DNA of 63,730 nt, the filler included, from Craspedostauros australis (lineage: Eukaryota), in the NCBI GenBank assembly GCA_030167865.1. It is 11 parts of 11 records of this genome, joined end to end, with 100 filler letters (N's around TTAATTAATTAA, not from the genome) between each part and the next. Parts side by side here need not be neighbours in the genome. Positions count along the whole stretch, not along the records: positions 45,495 to 48,046 come from JALAGF010002352.1; positions 48,147 to 54,537 come from JALAGF010002353.1; positions 54,638 to 60,310 come from JALAGF010002355.1; 8 more parts are not named here. One strand, given 5' to 3'. The notes beneath the pieces were generated by a model. The model searched no databases. It had not been told where the DNA came from and saw only the letters and a list, made by a program, of their open reading frames with translations. Position 1 is the stretch's first letter; each line of letters starts with the position of its first letter. This document shows, piece by piece, positions 45,496 to 56,620 of this stretch. The position numbers were made by a program, and so were the translations under genes.

Positions 45496-46940
45496 GCGCA
45501 AGATGATGGTGGCGTTGCCAACGGCCCTGATAGATTCGGGGAGATTGTGCTTTCTGGCAACCAACTGGATGAATTCTCTGGATACTGGAATCGCGATGAC
45601 TTGCATCACAAATTCATTTGCGAGACTCAATCTGCTGCAACGCGGTGCTTCTACCGAACAGGCGACAGGGGGTACATCGACCACGATGGCAGCATCCATG
45701 TGATGGGGCGAATCCAAGGCGAGGAAGGCATGATCAAGCATAATGGTGTTCGGATCGAGCTAAACGAGATCGCTGCGGCCATGGAGGAGTGGCCAGGCAC
45801 GTCATCAAGCATCGCCCAAGGCTGCGTCGTCGTGGCGCGTACGGTTCCATTGCATCAAGGGTCCGAACAGAGCGGCGTTTCCCAGGACGATGGAGATGGC
45901 GCCATTGGTAGTGACGACGATACGAAGACAGAAATTCATGCCTACGTCGTGCTCACGGATTCCTGTCTCCGTAGCATGGGGGTTCGATTCGATTCATCAA
46001 GGAAGCAGCCGCCGGCCTATCTCATCAGTCCCAGCCCCCTCTGGACACTACTTCGCGCGGCATGCCTGTCCAGGATCAAATTGGCATGTGTGCCGTCGAG
46101 CTTCGTGCTGATCTCCCAAATACCACTGTCACCAACGGGCAAGAGAGACAACGGGCAGTTACCTCGGTTGCAGGACTGTCTCAAGTTTAACTTTGCCAAG
46201 CAAGCCAACAGCGGTATCGGAAACGATACTTGCGACGACGACGAGAACAGTGGTGACGATGAAGGGAATACGCCACTGGCAGAATACGGCAACACGGGAA
46301 GGCTCGTTGCCGAACAAATCATCGAGTGTCTGAATCTGCAACAGTGCCAACAATCCATGCTCACCATCGATGCCAGCTTTGGCATGCTCGGAGGAGACTC
46401 CCTGGCCGCGACGCGGATCACGCGTGCCCTGTACGCAATGCATCATAAAATCAACAACACTCGGCATCTCGGTGGAGAATACGGAACATTGGAGGGACCC
46501 TTCAATGTTGTTCATATCCTTCGCGCGACAAAGCTGAAGCATTACATCGACATGCTTGATGATCACAATGTTTGCAGCCACGCTTGGGATCATGAAAAGC
46601 AAAGTGGGACAGCTGATTCCGCGACCCAAACATCATCGCCGTCGCCAATGGCAACCACAGACGTTGTGTCGCCGCATGACGCCGAACAACAGCGACTTTA
46701 CGACACGCTGCTGCAGGCGTGCACCTTGCAACAGACGGACGTCGCCATCGGACTGCTGCAGTTCGGCGCCGACCCCAACTGGGATGCGCACGGTGGACGC
46801 TTGGGCAAGACCTCCGGCCGCATCGCGCAGAAGCAAACCTTCCGATCCAGCCCCCTGCACCTGGCCGCGGCGAAAGGCGATGCGCGTCTCGTGCACAAGC
46901 TCCTCGCCTGCGACGCCAAATGGAACACGCCGGATGCATC
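45496..46940 (+). CDS. NRPS-like protein: adenylation domain C-half, phosphopantetheine carrier and ankyrin repeats; 5' truncated, 3' interrupted by an LTR
   Basis: GEIVLSG (A6), YRTGDRG (A7), GR..IKHNGVRIELNEI (A8), P.SPTGKRD (A10), carrier motif LGGDSL, ankyrin LLQFGADPN and SPLHLAAAKG. Confidence 0.85.
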
Positions 46941-47246
46941 TGTTGAAGCAATGGCTCCTGCACCGGCCTCTACCCGGCAATGAACCGAAGGGCAAACCAG
47001 ATGAGGAGCAATGAGATTGTTGTTGTGGTGTAATCAGATATTTTAAACTGGATTTATGGCTGCTTGTTGCCGATCTCCAGCTTGTTGCCGATGATCGGCT
47101 TGTTGTCGTTTTTCTTGTGTTTGCTTGCTTGGTGTTGGTGGTGGCTGCCAGCCGTTGATTTGCATCGACGAATGACGTCATTGGCATTTCCTGGTTTCTT
47201 TGGTTTCGCGCCATCTGTCGTCACAATTTGGGCATCTGCTCCAACA
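46941..47246 (-). repeat. 3' LTR of a copia element, 306 bp
   Basis: TGTTGGAGCA...TGCTTCAACA inverted termini, preceded by purine-rich GAAGGAGTG. Confidence 0.85.
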
Positions 47247-47964
47247 CACTCCTTCGGTCCAAGCAGAGCTTGTTTGTATGTCTTACCTTTGCTGGGACCG
47301 CTGATTGTTCGGTTGAGGATGATGTCGCGGAACTTGCGGAACTTCGTCCCCTGCAGCGGCTTGGTGAAGTAGTCTCCCACCATGTCGTCCGTAGGACAGT
47401 ATCGGACAGTGATTTCCCCCTTGTTGATTCGATCGCTGACGAAGAAGTACCGCATGTTTATGTGTCGCGTTTTCTTTCCGCTGGATCCACGCCCATTGTT
47501 TTCGAGTAGCATGGTGCTTTGGTTGTCTTGATGGATCACGGTGGCGTCTGGCTTGATCCCCTGCTCTTGTAGGAAGTACCGAGTCCACAGCACCTGTGGC
47601 ATCACGTCGTCCACAGCCACCAGCTCTGCCTCCGTTGAGCTTTTTGTGTTGAGTTTTTGTTTTGAGGAGACACCGTATATGGTACCCCCGTCGGCAGACA
47701 TGAACGCCCCAGTGTGACTCCGCATGTCTCCGTGTACACCGAACGAACCATCCACCCACCATTGGACATTCTGGAGTGATGAACCGCCGAGTGTGAGCGT
47801 CATATCTCGCGTTGCCCGTAGATATTTGATGGCCCAACCAAGCTTCTTGTAGTCATCTGTGTCGGGGGACTTCACACATGTGCACAGGAATGCTACCGCT
47901 GTCTGCAGGTCTGGTCTGGCTCGCTTGCACAGGAATAGCAGCTTTGCGACCACGTGGTGGTACA
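46941..47964 (-). mobile_element. pol: Ty1/copia 3' end (RT C-terminus, RNase H, 3' LTR)
   Basis: RARPDLQTAV, WVDGSF..H.DMRSHTG, SSTEAELV, QDNQS, RHINMRYFF, DYFTKPLQG. Confidence 0.93.
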
Positions 47965-48046
47965 TGTTGGAAATCCGGGGTAACCCAGCCTTATTAGTTA
48001 TATCTGATTACCTATTCCTGTTGTTGCATTCTCAGAACTGTGAGCA
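47965..48046 (+). repeat. end of an LTR related to family X, inserted in copia RT
   Basis: TGTTGGAAATCCGGGG...AGAACTGTGAG, as at 31278 and 33165. Confidence 0.75.
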
Positions 48047-50156
48047 NNNNNNNNNNNNNNNNNNNNNNNNNNNNNNNNNNNNNNNNNNNNTTAATTAATT
48101 AANNNNNNNNNNNNNNNNNNNNNNNNNNNNNNNNNNNNNNNNNNNNCGTATCATGCACTGTGTGATGAATGTGAGAGGCAATCCGATGTCTGTTGTTGAT
48201 GTGCTCGAGTATGGGGTTGAGTGGTGTGTGTTGATGTCTGTGTTTGCCTCCTCCTCTTGATCACATGGTTTGGATCCTTCTGTCCCCATCCACCACAGAA
48301 ATGCACACAGACAACAAGAAGGAAGGAAAGACGTTCCCACCACAACAGAGTTCTCTTTTGTGGGTCTTGGAAAACCCGAATCTTCGACTGATTCGACTAT
48401 GAGTGAAGCCATCAAAGAAGCTCAACGAATGAGAGAGATCGTTGATGGTGACACGCAGGTGATTCGAAATGGTCGTTGAGTGTTTCCGTCAGTCTGAACG
48501 GCGTGAGTTTGCCTCCAACCCCTTGACTCCAGCCACAACCAACACAACATCAATTCGAAGCAAACAACGTGAAAGTCTTCGGAGGCAGAGATACAGAGGG
48601 AGCTGCCATCACCATCACCACCACCATGTGCGCCATGTGCACCATGGCCCACGCTTGCTTGTGTTATCGTGGCATCTGCAAGACCGCTGACGCTTGTCCG
48701 CCTGTCATCACAAGCACCAACTTGAGGTGTGAACCAATGCCCCGAACAACGATGAAGCCACCGATGAAGCCACCGATGTGACTGCCTTTGTTGATTGCCT
48801 GTGTTGGTTGCGACCCATCTCATTTGGATTTGGCTGGTTGCCATCCCACCGCATTGCAACCATCACCATCCGCACAGGCAACAAGAGTCCTCAACATCCA
48901 ACCAACACCACATTGCGTATTGGGATGAGTTGACACCTTCAGCAATCAACAGGCGGAGCGATACCGTGCCGCCTCCACTGTTCCTGCCGCACGGACCACC
49001 AACACACAACGCCCATGCGTGTTCTATCAATAGGCATGAGTGCCGCCGTCTTGGCTCGTGACTTGCGGAGCATCGATGCTCAACCAAGGCGATCGACAGG
49101 AACATCCGCCTCACGAACGAAGTTGGGAGCACCACGAAGGAGGACATGTGGGGATACGGTGCTCATGGGCCATGGATCGCTGACCGTGTGCTTCTTGCAC
49201 CATACGGAAACTCTGTGTCAACCATGATCCGCAATACGGCACTCGCACTCTGCATGGGGTTGCTTGTTGGTTGGTTGGTTTCTTCTTTTGCTCGTCAAGC
49301 TCTCTGGATGCTTGGACTGCGCTGGCTCGTCGGTTCTTGTTTTTCCACCACGCTGGCACTGCTCGCTTCGAAGATTGGAATGGATGGTGACCCCGGCATG
49401 TGTTGCTATAACGGTGAGTGATTGCTCCTCCTGGGACTTGGCAAGGGTCTTGACAGCAGTTTGGGCGCAATGACGAGAGTGCAACTCATGAAGAGATGAG
49501 AACGATAGCGCGACACAGGACGGTCGATGGAACTGCGCAGCAACCATTCTCCTCGCGGCTTCCCATCATTTTCCTCTGCTTTGTTCGCCATGTGCTCTTC
49601 GTAGATCTTCTCTTCCACAAACTTGGATCAGCTGGCATCGGCACTGTCGCTTTGAATCTGCCTGGCAGTGCGACTTGGAGTGGAGAGCGCTCTATGTGTG
49701 AATCCGGCAGCACGGTGACGACCGCACCGCGACGATCGCACTGTGACGACCGCACGGCTTGTGAAAATGGTGCTGCCATTCGTCCTCTGTCTGCGCAACG
49801 AATCAACAACGATGCTCATGGCAGAGCATGGATGGAACCACGGACGTCCAATCTGCTGGTGAATGACATCGGCAACATCCCTGTGTGGGTATGTATCGCA
49901 GAGAGCGGACCAGATTAGTCGTAGACAGGGCGGAGGCAGCGCGGAAGCCGTACCCAGCCCTTCAATCTCTTGAAACAACCGGTGACTTCATCACAGCATT
50001 CTATTGCACGAGCAGATATAGTGCATGCGGTACTGTTCCAATCCTACATGTCATAGAACATTACAATCCATTCGTAGGTGTATTACATACAGGGATGTGG
50101 ATCTACCACACCTCTATGAGTATGATACGAGTACGGAGCGGCCCATCCATCTCATC

Positions 50157-52700
50157 TCATTCCATCCCATCGTGTCGTGATGCATCACGGGTGTGAGTGT
50201 TGGTACCATTCATCAAGCGATCGTGGTACTGAGACGCGCTCTTTCTCCTGACCGCTTTCTTTGGTGTGAGTTGCAGTGGCTTTGTGTCAGACAGCTTCTC
50301 ATGGTAGACAGCATCGCGAGTCGACGATCTGCTTCGTCCACGGCGATTTGATTGAAGTGCCCCGCGTGATGACGAATGTGTGTTGCCATGTTGTTGTTTG
50401 CCATCCTGTTCCTTGTCATGTCGTCCATCTTCATCTTCCTTGTTGCTGTGCCATTCGATGCTGTCAATTCGATATCCTCTTGATCTGTTTCGTTGTCGCG
50501 CCGATGGTGATCGTTCATCGGAGGACTTCCTTCGCTGATCTTTGCCACGTGGTGTCGATTGGCTACGGTCACGTTGATTTGGTCTTCGCGAACTTCCTCG
50601 GGCATACTTTCGAGAAGGTGAGCCCTTGCGCCATTGCAAATCAGTACCAGTGGAGTCCGCATCTGAGGTGGCTTCGCGTGAACGTGAGGCTGCGTTCATA
50701 TCATCCGAACTGCCAGATGTTCGTTTTCGCCGCGATGATGGCGATGAGTCCATCGATACTTGCGCAGTCTTCTGTGATCGCGATCGGACAGGCTTCGACG
50801 ACTCCGCGCCGATGGCGAGCCGCGGCTTCTTCCAGAAGAGAATGTGTGAATTTCTCCATCACAACGATGACGCAATGATGGCGAACGCTCCACACTCTTT
50901 GATCTTGATGATGTCGAGTGCGGCTTGCCACTGGTGTGTTGTGTGCGTCTCCGCCGATGCCGTGGCGACGGTGATCTCGATGGTGATATCGATGGTGATG
51001 ACACGTCTCTTGTTTTGCTGGAGTGGCGACGTCGGGGCCCATTGCCAAGCACCTTGGAGATCCTTTCCTTGATCGCCTCACGCAGAGCACCCGTGCTTCG
51101 TCCGCGTGAACGTTGTTGCCTTGAGTCTTCGCTTGGGCGCAACGAACTGCGCGCGGATCTGTTGCGAGAAGGAGCCACCTGGTCCTTCTTGCTCGATTGC
51201 AATTTGATTCCCAAACTCAAGGCTCCAGGACTGGATGGGGCTTGGGGTTGTGGCCGAGACACCTCCATGTTCGTGTTCGCGTTCGAACTGTTGAAGATTG
51301 AGTTTGGATTTGGACTGTGATGATGATGACGGTGGCGACGGCGATGATGATGGCGATGATGACGCCTTTGCGGATGCTTCAGTCAAGGCAAGATCGGCCA
51401 ATTGCGATGGTCGGGATTCGAGAGATGGTTGTTGCTTCGATTTGGGAGGATTGGTCGACGACACTTCACGTAATGATGATCGTTTGGCCTTGAGGATACT
51501 TTCCAACGTCGACCTGCGCTTGTTCAACGACAAAGACTGTTGTCTCTATTCATGTATGTGGCTGAACGGGGCTGGTGTAGATGCCGCGCTCCAACCTCCA
51601 GGCGTGACAGGGGCCGCAGAGCTTCTCCCACCGTTCCTTACGGCAGCACTTGTCGCAACGTCGACGCTGCCATCGTCGTCGTCGTAGAGACTTGGCAGAT
51701 TCGACAGTGACTCCAGGCTCTTGCTGCGAGACTTTTTTGTTGTCGCAACTCGAGATAGAGCCAGCGTGCTGGCTGTACTCATCGCGCCTGATGTGTCTGA
51801 TGTGTATGTTGTGCCTGGCATGTTGTGTCCGTCCTTCGAAAATTCCAAGAATCTCAAGAACTCCAAACTCTTGCTCCTCGATTTGTCGCTGTTGGTCATT
51901 CCGTTGGAATTCGTTCTTGGCCTTGGCCTGTATCTCCGACTCTGGGCAAGCTTCGTCTTGTCTTGGTTGATCCGTTCGCTGGTTGCGCCGAGTGCTGGGG
52001 CTGTGGCGAAGCTGAGTCCATCTGGGGTGTTTGGCGCCAGTATCGATTCGTTGTTGATGAACTTGCTGAGATCAATGGAGTTGAATGACATCTCGTGAGC
52101 TTGCATGTCGAGCATGTCCAGACTCTTCGCACGTGATCGTTTCACAGCCAAAGCTTTCGCATCTTTGGCTGTACTTCTATTGGCCCTGCTTGGTGTATCT
52201 GTGCTGACACTCGCACGACCACCTGATTTTGCAGCTGCTTTGGCCTCTTTGGCGAAGCTGGTGGGCTTGCTCGCCTTCGATTTCGTGTCGGCCTGTTGCG
52301 GTTGCTTGGTCTCCGTTTGCTTCTCTGCTATCAGTCTGACACCGTCCTCTTCCAGCAACTTCGATCGTCATGACCTCATGACTGCACGGGCTGGACGAAG
52401 GTTCGAACAGAGTCTCAGGCTGGACGCTTTGCTGTGGCAACTCCCAGAGAGTAGATCGTAGTCATGGAAGTTTCCATACTCATACGACTGGTAAAGGCGC
52501 GCAGCAACTGGCGAGCCTTCCCACAGTTCCTCTTGGATGTCGATGCTTTGCCATCTTGTCTGATTGTTTGTGTTTGCGTTGGTGTTGTTGGTGGTGGCAC
52601 CAATGTGAAGGGATGCGGCGCCGTTGGAGGGGTCGCCATCACCATCGTCGAACAGAGTTGCATTGCACGAAGACAACACATTGGTGATGTTCATCGCAAG
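50157..52700 (-). pseudogene. S/R-rich low-complexity protein, disrupted (copy B, longer)
   Basis: ORFs 52368..52892, 51546..52358, 51078..51533, 50696..51268 and 50157..50753 form one protein broken by in-frame stops and frame changes. Confidence 0.6.
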
Positions 52701-52835
52701 TGTGTGCGTCATCGGTTGAATGAAATACGGACGGCAGACAGACGAATACTCAACAAACGCGCCAACAATTCTTGACACCACCCAAAACAACGGATCTTCC
52801 ATTTTGCGCCACGATCCATCAAACAACATCAACAC

Positions 52836-52890
<55 letters not shown>

Positions 52891-54537
52891 AAGAAAGAGA
52901 TGAAACGGTATGACTATGTTTGCATTGATGGAGGTATCAGCCAACACTGAGACATTGAACCTCAAGCAAAACAGCAACGAAGCAATGAAGTAATCAAGCA
53001 AGCGGCGGCTGCGCAACTATGGCACGCCAACCAGAATCAACGAAGGCGGCCATGGCAAGAGACGATGATGATGCCGATGATGATGACGATGCTGCTAATG
53101 ATGATCAATGGCGAACGGTGACGAACAGAGGTCTCAAACTTGTCGCATCGCTCAGCGACATCAGAAAGGAAGATATCAAGCCAACTGCTCCAGAGTAGAG
53201 GAGAGCTCGGGACATGAGCAATCGCAGCGCCAACAGCCATGGCAAGACATGTCAGGGCCCGTGCTTCGATCTGGATTCAAGTCATCAGCAGCCGCACGCA
53301 CGCACATAAACGTCCAATTCACTGTCGGAAACGGAGAATCAGCACATGCTGGACGGGTGCATCTGTGAAATCGGGCGCAGCGACTTCTTCCGAGACCTGC
53401 AGAGCCTGTTGTTCGGAGATGTTGCTCAGTTTCCACAACACGCACCACAACCAGCCACGCCTGTTCATACCGATGCTCAAAGCGGTGCATCGCCGCCACA
53501 AACCACGCACCATCAAGTCACTGTCTCATCAGATCCACAGATGAAAGAAATCGTCTGCAATGATGTCGGCAGCTCCTCCCATGGCTCGCGATCTAGGTCG
53601 GTCCTATCGAAAACCATGCAGCAGCTGACGTGAGCTTGTGTCCTGTGCAACATCATGCAGCACCCCCACCAACAACAACGACAAGCTGACAGTCGCAATA
53701 CGCTCCACTTCATCAAGTTGGACTCGATTCCTACAAACCATGCATGACGCCCGCGGGGTCCGCCATCGTTTCCCACGCAGCTCCGCTCACATCATCGACA
53801 CCAACGAACGCGGAAACCATATGATTGGCATGACGACCACGACAATGACAGTGGTGGCTGAACCATCGTCTTCATGTCGCATTGGCCAATGATGCTGCAC
53901 AGCAACGTGCCGGACGCCAACCAGGATCATCTGCAATTCATGCACAGAAGATCATGCGTATCTCGCAGCCCAGCCAGACCGTGTTGCGAACGATACAGGA
54001 GTGCATGGAGCAGCATGCTGTGCGCATCACCAAAAGCGATAGTGAAGGCATGCCAGACGCACCATTGAATGAATCGATCACTGATGACCTGCTTTCATGC
54101 CGTTGCTTGCCTAATGACTATTCTGATGACTATTTTTATCCATCAACTCAATTCCGTCATGCGTGCGCTTCTCGAAGACTTCTGTTATGGTGTGGTATGG
54201 CATGGTATGATATGGTCTGGCACTTCACTTCTCTTCTTCAGCAGCGCTGTCCATTTCAATCACTTTGAATGATTTGGTACACATACAACACACGAAGTCC
54301 ACCAATGTCGCCCGATCCATGTATGAATCCACTTGTGCTGTACTCTCATCCTGATCCGTAACCTTGTACAGCTCCATCATGGACATACAGCTGTACTCAT
54401 CATCAACTCCATCACTCTCTGCTCCCCCACTGCGGAGGACATCGATGTCTTCTATCAGTTGATGCTGTAGAATTAGCTTGCTGAAATCTGGATGAGCGAA
54501 CATATCTTTCTCACTTTCAGCTGCCATCCTCATTGCT
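51330..54537. repeat. 3.2-kb segmental duplication or diverged haplotype, copy B
   Basis: Colinear with 21748..24946. Includes the BTB gene C-terminus (54225..54537). Confidence 0.92.
52840..52887. repeat. (AG)n microsatellite
   Basis: About 24 units, expanded relative to the paralogous position near 23242..23260. Confidence 0.95.
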
Positions 54538-54637
54538 NNNNNNNNNNNNNNNNNNNNNNNNNNNNNNNNNNNNNNNNNNNNTTAATTAATTAANNNNNNN
54601 NNNNNNNNNNNNNNNNNNNNNNNNNNNNNNNNNNNNN

Positions 54638-55981
54638 GGATCCAATTGTGCCCCCATACGCACCTGTGCCGGCGACAGAGAACACAACACGGATGGGTCG
54701 GTCCGTTTTGAACTTCTCGTCCAGCACGCCGCCAAATCCACTTGCGATGTGATCTCCCATGGTTTTGTAAAGCAGATCCTTTTCGTTGATGATCGTCTGC
54801 ACCAAGTTGAGGCATGAAGACGCTTCATCGAGGCAGAAGACGATCCTGACATCTGCCGTAGGATTGTCGTTTGGTTCCACCCAGTCGTTGATTGCCTGGA
54901 GAATGGTCTCGAAGGCTTCTTTATTGTATTCTGCGAGTGCGTCGAAACGCTTCTTGAGTGTTTCAATGCACTGTGCTCTTCGTTCTTCCTCTGTCAGTGT
55001 CTTGGGTAAGTTGTCCTCTTTTGAAACGGAGCCAACCATGCTGATGGCGCAACCTCGCAAAAACGCGCTTCCGGCGAGGTCAACTGTCTTACCACTGCCA
55101 CTCTCTGAGGAATAGACCAATACGGTGTTGCCTTTTCTCTGTGAATTCGACGCGTCCAGAACGACCTTTCGTGGACGTCTCGAAGAACATCCTTGGTGTC
55201 GAAAGTGGGCGATACCAACATAGAATGTCTCGCCTGCGTCATGTGAGAGCTTGTTGACTGCTCTATGCGACAGTCTGGTGAGTTTCCTCTGGATGAAGTC
55301 GTCGAGAGTTTGTGCAGCATCGTCCAAGCAATCGTTGATCTTGTCAATGACATCCTGCGCTTGGTCTTTGCCACCTTTATCTCCTTTCGCGACCCATTGG
55401 AGGATGGGCTTGGCTGCATCCGTTGCTTTGTCCCAACGTGCCGCGTAGTCTCGCATACGATACTTACCACCATAGTTGCAGTCTTTGAAGAACGTAATGA
55501 TATCCGTTCGTGCATCGATTAACGGTTTCCACAGTTCACCTGCAGACTGTCCTTGTCCCAACACTCTCTCATCGAGCAGTTCCATGACTGCTGCGTCCTC
55601 CAACTCGGGGTCCCAGAAGCTGGCGTCGCTGAAGAGGTCCTTGTAGTTGTCAATGTCGAGTGGGATCGCAGGTGGCGCTGCTGTTGCTTCGACTGGTTCG
55701 GGTGCTGCTGCATCCTCGTCGTTTGTATTGTCAAAAAACAGACGAAAGCCAGACCACCATCGTCGTGGTTGGTGTTGAAGTGGCGAAGTTGACACCAATG
55801 GCAAGGATGAGGCTGGTGCGAAAGGCATCGAAGAGATGAATCTGGAGGCCGAGGACAGTGGCAAGCATGTGCGTGGGACGATGAACCCCATCGCGGGGGT
55901 CACGAAGGTTGTCAGTAAGGCCATTGATGACATCCTCATCTTTCCCCTTGTTGGTCCACCGAGGCGGAGAGCGCAATGCAT
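54638..55981 (-). CDS. P-loop NTPase with a targeting-peptide-like N-terminus (3' truncated)
   Basis: Walker A-like VLVYSSESGSGKT, Walker B IVFCLDEA and a following strand VVFSVAGTG. N-terminus ..TPAMG|FIVP followed by an S/R-rich stretch. Confidence 0.75.
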
Positions 55982-56539
55982 GGCACGAGTATTCGTGGTG
56001 GCTGGCTGGCAGTTTGGTTGGCAGTTTGGTTGCTTGGCTTGTCGTCTTGCTGGATGCTTGTTTCGATGTGTGCCTACTTTGTGGGCAGAAGCGAAGTTGG
56101 ATCTCCTCGTTCAGATTGATTTGTAAATGAGTTTGGAAGCGATGATTTGCAGACGCTCGTTCAAATGTAAGTTGAATTGGTGAATGTATAGTACTAATGC
56201 GAATTGACAGGTGGCTCAGATTTTGGTGGGATGACAGTTGGGAACATCATCACTTCCCGCCATTGGTTATCTTGGGTTTTCTTGCAACCTTAGACATTCG
56301 ATGTGCGCTTCTGGGCGTGGACCCTCTCTCTCTCGTTCGCTCTCTTCGCATGTTGATGCGTGTTCTGTGTGTTGTTCGTTTTCGATTCGTTTCTTCGCGC
56401 TTCTTTGCTGTATGGATATCATATACTACGTCCGTCTGTGCCACCTACGGACTGTTCAACACAGTTGATTTCGATGTCCACAATCAGCAACACAGATTTC
56501 ACGACCATCCATTTCCAACCATCCGTCATCAACCATCAA

Positions 56540-56620
56540 CCATCATCGAACATTGACCATCCATCATCGAACATTGACCATCCATCATCGAACATTGACC
56601 ATCCATCATCGACCATCGAC
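56540..56620. repeat. 21-bp minisatellite (CCATCATCGAACATTGACCAT) x3 plus a degenerate unit
   Basis: Directly visible tandem copies with no spacers. Confidence 0.92.

Noticed and set aside
48147..50100. Fragmentary ORFs with hydrophobic stretches
   Set aside because: Probably a decayed gene, but I could establish no consistent frame or family.
56540..56620. 21-bp repeats as a CRISPR array
   Set aside because: The units are contiguous with no spacers, so this is a minisatellite.
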